From assembly GCA_964634795.1 (NCBI GenBank), contig CAZWLL010000007.1, positions 1-60,675 on the forward strand: 60,675 nucleotides of DNA, in the 5' to 3' direction. Every line of letters starts with the position of its first letter. The stretch's first letter is position 1. The notes under the pieces were generated by a model, which made no database searches, had not been told where the DNA came from, and saw only the letters and a program-made list of their open reading frames with translations. This DNA is from an uncultured Ruminococcus sp. GTDB taxonomy: Bacteria; Bacillota; Clostridia; Oscillospirales; CAG-272. The position numbers and the translations under genes are program-made. Of the stretch, positions 1-8,843 are shown piece after piece.

Positions 1-960
1 GTAACCGTCTTCTGTGCAGGTGGGTTCGGTTACAACGGAAGTATAGCTGTGACCTGTTGCGGGAGTGGTGTCACTTGTGTATGAGTCACCACAGTTGGAG
101 CAGGTGTAAGTTGTGTAACCGTCTTCTGTGCAGGTGGGTTCGGTTACAACGGAAGTATAGCTGTGACCTATTGCGGGAGTGGTGTCGCCTGTATAGGAGT
201 CACCGCAGACAGAGCAGGTGTAAGTTGTGTAACCGTCTTCCGTGCAGGTGGGAGCAGTTACAACGGAAGTGTAGCTGTGACCTGTTGCGGGAGTGGTGTC
301 ACTTGTATAGGAGTCACCGCAGACAGAGCAGGTGTAAGTTGTGTAACCGTCTTCTGTGCAGGTGGGAGCAGTTACAACGGAAGTGTAGCTGTGACCTGTT
401 GCGGGAGTTGTTTCGGTGTATGAATCACCGCAAACGGTACAAGTGAATGTGGTTGTTCCGTCTTCTGTGCATGTAGCGGAAGATACAGCTTTTGTGTAGC
501 TGTGGCCTGCAGCGGGAACAGTGTCGCTTACATAAGAATCACCGCAGACAGAGCAGGTGTAAGTTGTGTAACCGTCTTCGGTGCAAGTGGGAGCAGTTAC
601 AACGGAAACATAGTTATGACCTGTAGCGGAAACCGATTCGGTGTAGGAGCTGCCGCAGACAGAGCAGGTGTAAGTTGTGTAACCGTCTTCTGTGCAGGTA
701 GGTTCGGTTACGACAGAAGTGTAGTTGTGACCTGTTGCGGGAGTAGTGTCGCCTGTGTAGGAGTCACCGCAAACGGAGCAAGTATAAGTTGTGTAACCAT
801 CGCTTGTGCAAGTAGGAGCAGTTACAACGGAAGTATAGCTGTGACCTGCAGCGGGAACAGATTCGGTATAAGTGTCACCGCACTCAGAGCATGTGTAAAC
901 TATGCTTCCTTCGGCAGTGCAGGTAGGAGCGGTTTCACTTGTCTTTACATAGCTGTGAAC
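1..960 (-). repeat. Coding tandem repeat, 111-114 bp unit (37-38 aa, HSYTSVVTAPTCTEDGYTTYTCSVCGDSYTSDTTPATG), at least 9 copies
   Basis: Equivalent positions at 1, 115, 229, 343, 454, 568, 679, 793 and 904; the array continues past the window edge. Confidence 0.95.
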
Positions 961-3078
961 GTGATCCGCTTCAACCTCTATAATGTACTTCGTTCCGTCT
1001 ACTACATAAGATGTTGTTCCCGCGCCGATACCTGTGAAGGTAAGCTCGGTTGTGGTGAGAGTACCTGTTGTTACAGTACCCGATGCGGCGGCACGGGTGA
1101 ATGTGGAGCCGTCATAGCTTCCCCAAGCAATTTCGGAGAGCTGCCACCAGTAGTTTCTGGCTGTTGTGATGATTACCTGAATGTAACGGAAGCTTTCGAT
1201 TGAATCGGGAACAGAATAAGTGGATGTAACACTGCTGCTGCTCTTTCCGGTATACTGTCCGATTGTTGTCCAGTTGCTGCCGTCGGATGAAATCTGTACA
1301 TTTGCGTTTGTGCAGTAGTCGCCGTGAGCGGGAGAGGTAATCTGAATTGCATCAAAGAGAACGTCTGCACCGAGATCTACACGTGCGTACATTCCTTTTG
1401 TCTGACTGGAATCCGACCAGTAGAAGGAAGAGGTATTGCCGTCAATAAGATTCGATACATAGTAGGTGCTGTACGCAGATGCAGATGCGGATGCGGTAGC
1501 GGAGTATGAAACCTCAGCTCCCGTACCTTCCGTATATGTGATGTTGGCTTGTGCAATATTGCTGTCGCCTGCAACGGATACGCTCTTTTCGCCTTCAAGA
1601 GTATATTTTTCCGATGTTTCACCTACTTTAAGAGAGATGTTTTCTCTCGGAAGTAAGCTTGTGTAGCTGTCACCGCACTTTGTGCAGGTATAAACAGTGT
1701 CGCCGCCGTCATCTTCGGCTGTGTAATTATGTCCTTCTGCGGGAACTGTTTCTGTGTAGCTTTCGCCGCAGTCGGAACAGGTGTATGTGTTGCTTCCTTC
1801 TTCTGTGCAGGTAGGAGCAACAGAGGAGGTGAGCTGATAGTTATGAACCTTAGCGGGAGGATCTGTGTTCAGTGTACCATCGGCATTGAAACCGCCCGAT
1901 ACAACGGAAGTATCCATATCGGAGGTGTAGCTGCCGTTCATGGCAAGACCGAGAGCACGGAGAGGAAGTCTGATTTTAGACGCTTCCTGAGTTTCGGTTT
2001 CCGCACCCGGATAATCGCTCCACATACAGAACATGCCTCCGACTATCGAAGAGGAAGAGACCGTAGTACCGCAGACCTTGTAGTTGCTCCAATTCGAAGC
2101 ATATGTGTATCCCGAATCGAAGTTGTCACTCTTGCCGAGAACATAATAGAAGTCGCCGGTAGTGTTGATTAACTTAAAGCCATCGCTGACAAGGTTGGAG
2201 ACGCTTCTGGGAGAGTATCCGCTCCATCCGCTTGACCAATAGCATATTACAATGTCCTTATCGAATGTATAAGTTGTCGAACCTACAGCCGCGCTTGTTT
2301 TGTTTGCAAATTCGATACCGTCATTGAAAGCGACAGGTGTCATGCCGGCGTTTTTAATCATAGCGGCGATTTCATTGACATATTTAATGTAATATCCGTA
2401 TTTACCGCTGCTCTGAAGATTTCCAAAGCCCATTGAACCGGAAGTATAACGGTCGTTCGCGTATTCGTCAGCACCGAAATTGAAGTAGGTGCATCCTTTT
2501 TCTGCGAAGTAATCTATATATTTCTGAACAAATGCCTCTGTAAATGCTACGGCTGTGGTGTTTGTTACGTCTATTGTTCTGGATGAACTGTTGTAGCTGC
2601 AGGTTGTTCCCGTAAGAGAGTTCGCAGCACTTAAAATCGCATCCATATGTCCGGGAGTGTTGAGAAGAGGAATAATTTCAATACCTGCCGATTTAGCTGC
2701 AGATAAGATTTCATCCATTTCGCTTTCCGTCCATTCACCGGTGGAATCGGTTGTATACGCATTGTTGCCTGAGATAATCGCAGAGCTTACAGCATCGTCT
2801 GTGTAGGTGGTTGAACCTACCGTCAGCGACATATCATCAAGTATGAAACGCATACCATCGTTTCCGATTGCAAGCATAACATGAGTATAGCCGTCGGCTT
2901 TTGCTTCATAAATGAGTGATTTAACCCAGTCTACGGTAAAGTACTTTCTGCCGCAGTCCAACATTGCTATTTTCATATAGTCGGTACTGTCGGACGCGAA
3001 TACCGATGTCGGAAACAAGCAGAGAAGCATGCAGACTGTCAATAGAAGTGAAATAAGTTTGGTGCTTGGTTTTACCAT
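1..3078 (-). CDS. Secreted GH20-family beta-N-acetylhexosaminidase/lacto-N-biosidase-like protein with F5/8 type C (CBM32-like) domain and Cys/His tandem repeats; 3' end lies beyond the window
   Basis: Read by hand; absent from the ORF track because there is no stop in the window. ATG at 3078 after GGAGGA, open frame to position 1. Signal peptide MVKPSTKLISLLLTVCMLLCLFPTSVFA; GH20 motifs MLDCGRKYF, NTPGHMDAIL, FNFGADEY, GGMFCMWSD (~2980-1990); NLIDGNTSSFYWS...VDLG...YIQV...WQLSEI F5/8-like domain (~1455-1115). Confidence 0.85.
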   Translation of the reverse strand, partial: MVKPSTKLISLLLTVCMLLCLFPTSVFASDSTDYMKIAMLDCGRKYFTVDWVKSLIYEAKADGYTHVMLAIGNDGMRFILDDMSLTVGSTTYTDDAVSSAIISGNNAYTTDSTGEWTESEMDEILSAAKSAGIEIIPLLNTPGHMDAILSAANSLTGTTCSYNSSSRTIDVTNTTAVAFTEAFVQKYIDYFAEKGCTYFNFGADEYANDRYTSGSMGFGNLQSSGKYGYYIKYVNEIAAMIKNAGMTPVAFNDGIEFANKTSAAVGSTTYTFDKDIVICYWSSGWSGYSPRSVSNLVSDGFKLINTTGDFYYVLGKSDNFDSGYTYASNWSNYKVCGTTVSSSSIVGGMFCMWSDYPGAETETQEASKIRLPLRALGLAMNGSYTSDMDTSVVSGGFNADGTLNTDPPAKVHNYQLTSSVAPTCTEEGSNTYTCSDCGESYTETVPAEGHNYTAEDDGGDTVYTCTKCGDSYTSLLPRENISLKVGETSEKYTLEGEKSVSVAGDSNIAQANITYTEGTGAEVSYSATASASASAYSTYYVSNLIDGNTSSFYWSDSSQTKGMYARVDLGADVLFDAIQITSPAHGDYCTNANVQISSDGSNWTTIGQYTGKSSSSVTSTYSVPDSIESFRYIQVIITTARNYWWQLSEIAWGSYDGSTFTRAAASGTVTTGTLTTTELTFTGIGAGTTSYVVDGTKYIIEVEADHVHSYVKTSETAPTCTAEGSIVYTCSECGDTYTESVPAAGHSYTSVVTAPTCTSDGYTTYTCSVCGDSYTGDTTPATGHNYTSVVTEPTCTEDGYTTYTCSVCGSSYTESVSATGHNYVSVVTAPTCTEDGYTTYTCSVCGDSYVSDTVPAAGHSYTKAVSSATCTEDGTTTFTCTVCGDSYTETTPATGHSYTSVVTAPTCTEDGYTTYTCSVCGDSYTSDTTPATGHSYTSVVTAPTCTEDGYTTYTCSVCGDSYTGDTTPAIGHSYTSVVTEPTCTEDGYTTYTCSNCGDSYTSDTTPATGHSYTSVVTEPTCTEDGY

Positions 3079-3155
3079 AAAATTCCTCCTGAATAATAAG
3101 TTAGATACTGCTAACTATTAAATTATATTATAATAACTGTTAACAGCTGTACATG

Positions 3156-3184
3156 ATAATACAACAATAGTTATTATATGTCAA
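3156..3184 (-). promoter_or_regulatory. sigmaA-type promoter for the GH20 gene
   Basis: Minus strand TTGACA (3184-3179), 17 nt, TATTAT (3161-3156); about 80 nt upstream of the ATG. Confidence 0.6.
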
Positions 3185-3701
3185 CTGTTTTTTTTAGTGA
3201 AAAAAAGATTTGTCGATTTGCACTTATTGAAATAATTTTGACACCGTCAGATAAAGTCATTATGCAAATGGTATTTAGTCTAAAATGTAAATGAATACAG
3301 CATAAGATAATATAATTTTATTAAAAAACAACATCCGATAAAGTGACGTGATAAAATTCGTGTTTTAAAAGATTCCGATTATTTGAGAATAATCGATATA
3401 ATTATACAGTCCGAGTGATAAACTATACATTATTACAGGCTATAGCTTCAAGTGATCGTGAGACTTTGATGTGCTGATACGCTAAAACGATATGTCGAGT
3501 TATATGATGACTGCAAAGTGAAAATGAGAAAAAATAATGCAGTAAATACAAAAAAAGAAAAATAACAAATAAAATAAAACGGTGCGAAATGCACAAGAAA
3601 ACAACTGAATTTTCAAACGTATATTTCCGTTTGAAAATATACGTTCCAACGGTTAATTTCTTTGCCGCTAGCCGAAAAAATCCACTACTTAAATTCAGAT
3701 A

Positions 3702-3883
3702 AACAAAAGAAGGATGCTTCACATAGTGAAGCATCCTCGAGGAGGCGGTTTATCTCTTAACTGTTAAATTAAAAGTTATCCGCCCGTAAACTGTGTGGTG
3801 AACAAAAGAAGGATGCTTCACATGGTGAAGCATCCTTGAGGAGGCGGTTTATCTCTTAACTATTAAACTGAAGATTATCCGCC
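3702..3883 (-). repeat. Tandem duplication of an 83-bp structured element (3702-3784 and 3801-3883), each ending in an intrinsic terminator-like hairpin
   Basis: 7 differences in 83 nt by manual alignment; 16-nt spacer. On minus each copy reads GGCGG...CCGCC stem, then AGGATGCTTCAC-N3-GTGAAGCATCCT followed by TCTTTTGTT. Confidence 0.9.
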
Positions 3884-3887
3884 GACA

Positions 3888-4220
3888 TTAGTCAGCATCT
3901 TCGGCGTGAACGTCAACATTGCGGACTGCGGTGCGAAGGATTCTGATTTTATTGCGCTCGTTGCTGGTTTCGATTGTTACGGTTTCATCTTTGATTGAAA
4001 CGATTTTACCGATAATGCCGCCGATAGTGGTGATTTCATCACCTACCTGGAGATTGTTGCGCATGTTGCTTGCTTCTTTGTCCTGTTTTTTCTGGGGACG
4101 ATATAAAAAGAAATAAAAAACAGCTAATAATGCGGCAATCATTACAATATTGGTGATGGCACTTACGGTAGTGTTAGAACTGCTTGCTGTGCTTGACGCT
4201 GATTCAAGAAAATAATACAT
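3888..4220 (-). CDS. yajC: Preprotein translocase subunit YajC
   Basis: Single TM segment, then FLYRPQKKQ...NLQVGDEITTIGGIIGKIV...VTIET signature. Confidence 0.92.
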   Translation of the reverse strand: MYYFLESASSTASSSNTTVSAITNIVMIAALLAVFYFFLYRPQKKQDKEASNMRNNLQVGDEITTIGGIIGKIVSIKDETVTIETSNERNKIRILRTAVRNVDVHAEDAD

Positions 4221-4260
4221 TATTTTTCTCCCTTGCTGAAATTAATTGGATTTGATGTAA

Positions 4261-4289
4261 ATTATATAATATAAATGAAGCTAATGCAA
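4261..4289 (-). promoter_or_regulatory. sigmaA-type promoter for yajC
   Basis: Minus strand TTGCAT, 17 nt, TATAAT. Confidence 0.6.
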
Positions 4290-4333
4290 TATTCTTCGAG
4301 CTGAATTAATAATAAATTAAAATAATTACCGCA

Positions 4334-5014
4334 TTATATACGTATTCTGCCGAAAGCACCGAGCATTGCGATAAGCTCAAGGTAGTTGTCATCCGATATT
4401 GTTCCGCCCGATCCGCATGCCCATGAGCTGCCGTATTTTCTGTGCAGCTCGGTAACTCGCGCATAAATTGCCGCGGGAGAAGAGCTTTCAAGCCGTTGAA
4501 CACCGAGACCGCCGAGGATACGTATTTTATCTCCGTATTTCTCGAGATATTCTTCTGCAGAGTCGGAAGCGAACCATCCCTCATATCCGAGCCGTAAAGC
4601 ATCGGTTATGTCTCCGTCCATTCGAATAGTAGGAGTACAGCTCGATTTAATGTTTCCGTATACGGCAATCACATCGATTGCATTAGTTTTTTCGGCTGCG
4701 GCAATATCGTTTTTATTATCCGTGATAATTCCGTAACCTTGCGGCGAGATGTCTTTTTTGCTTATTTCTTCGAGTAACAGCTTCTTTCCATCTTCGTCGA
4801 ACAAACGCATGTCGACGAAAACAATATCTGAGTATGTTCGTGCTGATAGGTGCGTAAGCGTGTCAAGATATTTTTCCGGAGTCAGCCAAAGATCATCACC
4901 GCGCCGCCAGATTAATGTTTCGGAATGAGTACGTGATAAAAACGGTTCGAATATTACCGGTTTTACAGGCTTTCCCGATAAAAAATCGAGAAAGTATTTT
5001 TTGTTCAGATCCAT
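4334..5014 (-). CDS. Hypothetical protein, C-terminus resembling uroporphyrinogen decarboxylase/MtaA-family barrels
   Basis: KYGDKIRILGGLGVQRL...SPAAIYARV...WACGSGGTI resembles UroD/MtaA C-termini; only 226 aa. Confidence 0.5.
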   Translation of the reverse strand: MDLNKKYFLDFLSGKPVKPVIFEPFLSRTHSETLIWRRGDDLWLTPEKYLDTLTHLSARTYSDIVFVDMRLFDEDGKKLLLEEISKKDISPQGYGIITDNKNDIAAAEKTNAIDVIAVYGNIKSSCTPTIRMDGDITDALRLGYEGWFASDSAEEYLEKYGDKIRILGGLGVQRLESSSPAAIYARVTELHRKYGSSWACGSGGTISDDNYLELIAMLGAFGRIRI

Positions 5015-5147
5015 TATAAGTTCTTTCTTTGTTTGCGTTGTTGATTAAGTGGATTATACAACACTGAAAACACAAAAGTCAACCGTCTTATTCGAATTAT
5101 TATTTGAAAAAAATTTATGAATCTTGTCAGTATAATTATACAGACAC

Positions 5148-5176
5148 TTGATTATGACAGACAAATGATGTATAAT
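5148..5176 (+). promoter_or_regulatory. sigmaA-type promoter for ilvE
   Basis: TTGATT, 17 nt, TATAAT; RBS GGAGG before ATG 5211. Confidence 0.6.
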
Positions 5177-5210
5177 ACAGAATAATAATACAAAAACGGA
5201 GGAAAACAAC

Positions 5211-6281
5211 ATGTTGAATATAAAAACAGAAAAAATCAATACACCAAAACAAAAGCCGGACTACAGCAAACTCGGATTCGGTAAATATTTCACGGATCAC
5301 ATGTTCCTTATGGATTATACCGAGGGCGAAGGCTGGCATGACGCCAGAATAGTTCCTTACGGACCGATACCCTTTGAACCTTCCTCAATGGTATTCCATT
5401 ATGCACAGGAGCTTTTCGAAGGACTTAAGGCTTACAGAACCTCCGACGGTACTGTTCAGCTGTTCAGACCTCAGTGCAATATCGAAAGAATGAATAACAC
5501 ATGCGACAGACTGTGCGTTCCGAGAATAGATCCCGATGACGCACTGCAGGCAATTGAAGCAATTGTAGAAGCGGATAAGGATTGGGTACCGTATGAATAC
5601 GGCACATCACTTTACATCCGTCCGTTTATAATCGCAACCGACTGCCATCTCGGCGTTCATCCGTCAAGCAGCTATTTGTTCTGCATTATTCTTTCTCCCG
5701 TCGGCTCATACTACGCCGCAGGTATTAACCCCGTAAAGATTCTGGTTGAAAGAGAATATGTTCGCTGCGTTAAAGGCGGCACGGGTATTGCGAAAGCAGG
5801 CGGAAACTACGCAGCTTCCCTTATCGGTCAGAAAAAAGCCGATGAGTTGGGATATGCTCAGGTATTGTGGCTTGACGGCGTTCACAGAAAATATATTGAC
5901 GAAGTCGGCGCTATGAATATTTTCTTCGTTATCGACGGTGTTGTTGTAACGCCCGATCTTACCGACGGAAATATACTTCCCGGCGTAACAAGAAGATCAT
6001 GCATTGAGCTCTTGAAGAACTGGGGAATTCCCGTAGAAGAACGCAAGGTTTCAATAGACGAAGTATTGAGTGCTCACGACAACGGACACCTTGATGAGGT
6101 ATTCGGTACAGGAACTGCCGCTGTTATTTCTCCTGTAGGCGAGCTGTACGACAACGGTAAGAGTTACATTATAAACAACAATGAAATCGGTAAAATCGCA
6201 AAGAAACTTTATGATGAGCTTACCGGTATTCAGTGGGGTAAGGTTGACGATTATATGAACTGGACCGTTAAAATAAAGTAA
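5211..6281 (+). CDS. ilvE: Branched-chain amino acid aminotransferase
   Basis: HYAQELFEGLKAY, LYIRPF, AKAGGNYAAS (PLP Lys), EVGAMNIF, ILPGVTR, EVFGTGTAAVISPV. Confidence 0.95.
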   Translation: MLNIKTEKINTPKQKPDYSKLGFGKYFTDHMFLMDYTEGEGWHDARIVPYGPIPFEPSSMVFHYAQELFEGLKAYRTSDGTVQLFRPQCNIERMNNTCDRLCVPRIDPDDALQAIEAIVEADKDWVPYEYGTSLYIRPFIIATDCHLGVHPSSSYLFCIILSPVGSYYAAGINPVKILVEREYVRCVKGGTGIAKAGGNYAASLIGQKKADELGYAQVLWLDGVHRKYIDEVGAMNIFFVIDGVVVTPDLTDGNILPGVTRRSCIELLKNWGIPVEERKVSIDEVLSAHDNGHLDEVFGTGTAAVISPVGELYDNGKSYIINNNEIGKIAKKLYDELTGIQWGKVDDYMNWTVKIK

Positions 6282-6328
6282 TAAATACGCAATTGCTTTA
6301 TTGACGGTTATTCGAAAGAGGTCGGCAG

Positions 6329-6919
6329 ATGAAGATATATGATATATCACAGGAGCTTTTCTCGTCCCATGTCTATCCGGGAGACAAAGCACCGAAGAGA
6401 ACCCTTATTTCCGACATGACTAAGGGCGCGTCATGCAATGTGAGCGAGCTTGAAATGAATGCGCACAACGGTACTCACATGGATGCACCGAGACATTTTG
6501 TGAAAAACGGAATAACAATAGACGAGCTCCCTCTCGAGAAGCTCATCGGCAGCTGTGCCGTTGTCAGTGCGGAAGGAGAGGTTACGGCTGATTTTGTTCG
6601 TGAAATATCGAAGAAATATAAAACCGAAAGACTTCTTTTGCGCGGTGAGTGCCATTTAAATAAAGAGGCTGCGGATATACTTTCGGAATGCGGCATTGCT
6701 CTTATCGGTGTTGAAAGTCAGAGCATCGCAACATACGATGATCCCGTTACGGTTCATGTGTCTGTTCTCGGCCAGGGAATAGCCGCGCTTGAGGGACTTG
6801 TTCTGCGTGATGTACCCGATGGAAAGTACTTCCTTTTCGCGGCGCCGATTAAGCTCGGCGGAAGCGACGGATCCCCATGCCGTGCCGTTCTCATTGATAA
6901 AATAGATACAGATAATTAA
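6329..6919 (+). CDS. Cyclase/kynurenine formamidase-family metal hydrolase
   Basis: YDISQEL...VYPGD, HNGTHMDAPRH (HxGTHxDxPxH), GSDGSPCRAVL. Confidence 0.85.
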   Translation: MKIYDISQELFSSHVYPGDKAPKRTLISDMTKGASCNVSELEMNAHNGTHMDAPRHFVKNGITIDELPLEKLIGSCAVVSAEGEVTADFVREISKKYKTERLLLRGECHLNKEAADILSECGIALIGVESQSIATYDDPVTVHVSVLGQGIAALEGLVLRDVPDGKYFLFAAPIKLGGSDGSPCRAVLIDKIDTDN

Positions 6920-6996
6920 AATTAACCGCTTTGATTTTAATCCTGCGTGATATATAATCCATTTCGAAAAAGTTTGAATTTAACGGAAGGATTATA

Positions 6997-7404
6997 ATGA
7001 AAAATTTCAAACAGAAGCTGATTTATTTCATGTACGGCAGATATGGAATAGATGAAATGTACTACGGGTTGTTTACTTTATGGATTATACTCGTGGCAGT
7101 CAACATGTTTGTCCGCTCATATATTATCTATCTTATAGAAACTGCGGTTATAATATACTCCCTGTGGAGAGTAATGTCGAAAAAGAAAGATAAACGCCGT
7201 CGTGAAAATGAAGCTTTTCTAAAGCTGTGGAATCCTGTCAAGAGTTGGTTTATACTTCAAAAAGACCGTATTCGTGACATAAAAAGCAGCAGATACCGCA
7301 AATGCCCGAAGTGTCATGCTATAATAAAACTGCCGAACAAGCGAGGCAAGCATACAACACACTGCCCGAAATGCGGTGAAAGATTCGACGTAAGAATTTT
7401 ATAA
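6997..7404 (+). CDS. Hypothetical membrane protein with C-terminal zinc ribbon
   Basis: FMYGRYGIDE start, two hydrophobic segments, CPKC...CPKC at the C-terminus. Confidence 0.75.
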   Translation: MKNFKQKLIYFMYGRYGIDEMYYGLFTLWIILVAVNMFVRSYIIYLIETAVIIYSLWRVMSKKKDKRRRENEAFLKLWNPVKSWFILQKDRIRDIKSSRYRKCPKCHAIIKLPNKRGKHTTHCPKCGERFDVRIL

Positions 7405-7411
7405 ACAATCG

Positions 7412-7467
7412 AAAAACTACCGAGGAAATTACATTGCGGATTAAATTTCCCAATCGGTAGTTTTTTT
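7412..7467 (+). terminator. Intrinsic terminator
   Basis: AAAAACTACCGA/TCGGTAGTTTTT plus inner GGAAATT/AATTTCC stem, T-tract. Confidence 0.8.
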
Positions 7468-7518
7468 CATGTTTTTATGGTATACTGAATACATGTAAAT
7501 ATAACATAAGGAGTATTT

Positions 7519-8304
7519 ATGGGAAAATTCGACGGTTACCTGTTTCTTACCGATATTGACGGAACACTTACAGATTCAAGAGGAAAGCTGTCTCGCGAGA
7601 ATATCGAGGCGATAAAGTATTTTCAAAATGAAGGCGGATTGTTCACTGTTGCATCGGGACGATTTCCCGATTTTATCGATCATTTTTCGGAGGATGTATC
7701 TCCGAATACATATATAATAGGAATAAACGGTACGGTGATATACGATCAGAAAGAGAAAAAGGATATCGTTACACGTACTATGGACAGCGACTTTATTAAC
7801 GTCGTATATGATATAATCGAAAACCGCCCGGAAGTAGATACAATCCATTTGGCACATCGTTATGATAATATTACCGTTCCGCGCGACAGATTTTCGGAAA
7901 TGGATAAGATACTCGAGGAAAATAATTACACATGGTACAGGGGATTGTTTTGCCAGGGAGCGTCGGATACTCCCATTGTCCGAGACTGGCTTATGGAAAA
8001 ATACGGAGAAAAATACAATATTAACTGCAGCTGGGCAAACGGAATTGAATTACACGCAAAAAACAGCGGAAAAGGTCAAATGCTTGAAGAATTGGCGCGC
8101 TTGGTATATCCGAACGGCGAGAAAAAGCTGACTGTCGCGGTCGGAGATTACGAAAACGATATGTCTATGATTATATCCGCCGACATAGGTTACGCTGTAT
8201 CGAATGCAATAGAATCCGTGAAAAAATCAGCTGACAGAATTACGGTATCGAATAATGAAAGCGCGATAGCGGCGATTATAGAAGAGCTTGAAAAAGAAAT
8301 GTAA
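7519..8304 (+). CDS. Cof-type HAD-IIB family hydrolase
   Basis: FLTDIDGTL, TVASGR, NSGKG, VAVGDYENDMSM motifs. Confidence 0.9.
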   Translation: MGKFDGYLFLTDIDGTLTDSRGKLSRENIEAIKYFQNEGGLFTVASGRFPDFIDHFSEDVSPNTYIIGINGTVIYDQKEKKDIVTRTMDSDFINVVYDIIENRPEVDTIHLAHRYDNITVPRDRFSEMDKILEENNYTWYRGLFCQGASDTPIVRDWLMEKYGEKYNINCSWANGIELHAKNSGKGQMLEELARLVYPNGEKKLTVAVGDYENDMSMIISADIGYAVSNAIESVKKSADRITVSNNESAIAAIIEELEKEM

Positions 8305-8316
8305 AATCGTTTCTAA

Positions 8317-8354
8317 AAAACAGCACTGTACAAACGAGTGTACGGTGCTGTTTT
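8317..8354 (+). terminator. Intrinsic terminator
   Basis: AAAACAGCACTGTAC / GTACGGTGCTGTTTT inverted repeat after the HAD stop. Confidence 0.75.
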
Positions 8355-8388
8355 AAATTAAAATCAGATTAGAAAGTTAATATTGATA

Positions 8389-8441
8389 TTGACAGAATCT
8401 CATACGTATAGTACAATAACTGTATTAGTACGGATAATACA
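8389..8441 (+). promoter_or_regulatory. sigmaA promoter with a downstream GntR (YtrA-type) operator
   Basis: TTGACA (8389-8394), 17 nt, TACAAT (8412-8417); perfect inverted repeat TGTATTA-N7-TAATACA (8421-8441) over the expected start site. Confidence 0.75.
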
Positions 8442-8450
8442 CAGCTTGTT

Positions 8451-8843
8451 GTGGGAGGTATGCAATTGGGAATTATAAATGTGGATACGCGGCTGCGCAA
8501 ACCATTGGGAGACCAACTTACGGATAACGTAAAAGAACTTATTTTATCCGGTGAATTAAAACCCGACGATAAGCTGCCGTCTGTACGCAGTCTTGCGGCG
8601 GAGCTGGGAATAAATCCCAACACCATACAAAAAGCATATTCCGAGCTTGAACGATGCGGAATTATTATGACCTTGCCCAATCGCGGAAGTATAGTTCTTG
8701 CGGATAGGAGCAGTCTGCGTGAGGAGAAAAAAGAACAGCTCACCAAAAGTATGACGCTGCTCGCAAAAGAGGCAAAGACTGCCGGAATCAATGAAGAGGA
8801 TTTTTTAAATTCGGCAAGAAAGGCGTGGTGCTGCAATGATTAA
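8451..8843 (+). CDS. GntR-family transcriptional regulator (YtrA-like); start may be ATG 8460
   Basis: LKPDDKLPSVRSLAAELGINPNTIQKAYSELE wHTH; short C-terminus; overlaps the ATPase start. Confidence 0.92.
   Translation: MGGMQLGIINVDTRLRKPLGDQLTDNVKELILSGELKPDDKLPSVRSLAAELGINPNTIQKAYSELERCGIIMTLPNRGSIVLADRSSLREEKKEQLTKSMTLLAKEAKTAGINEEDFLNSARKAWCCND

Noticed and set aside
57-2172. Cys-rich plus-strand ORFs (57-446, 163-423, 502-1203, 1729-2172)
   Set aside because: They are antisense shadows of the minus-strand GH20 repeat gene, which has an RBS, signal peptide and recognisable domains.
3423-3734. 103-aa minus-strand ORF
   Set aside because: It lies in AT-rich low-complexity intergenic sequence, overlaps the repeat, and has no RBS or recognisable motif.
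3702-3883. Possible CRISPR mini-array
   Set aside because: The repeats are 83 bp with a 16-bp spacer, there are only two copies, and no cas genes are in the window.
3856-3888. Mini-ORF MSADNLQFNS overlapping the yajC stop (superficially tag- or toxin-like)
   Set aside because: The second copy has no start codon and an early stop, so coding potential is not conserved; it is not hydrophobic like type I toxins.
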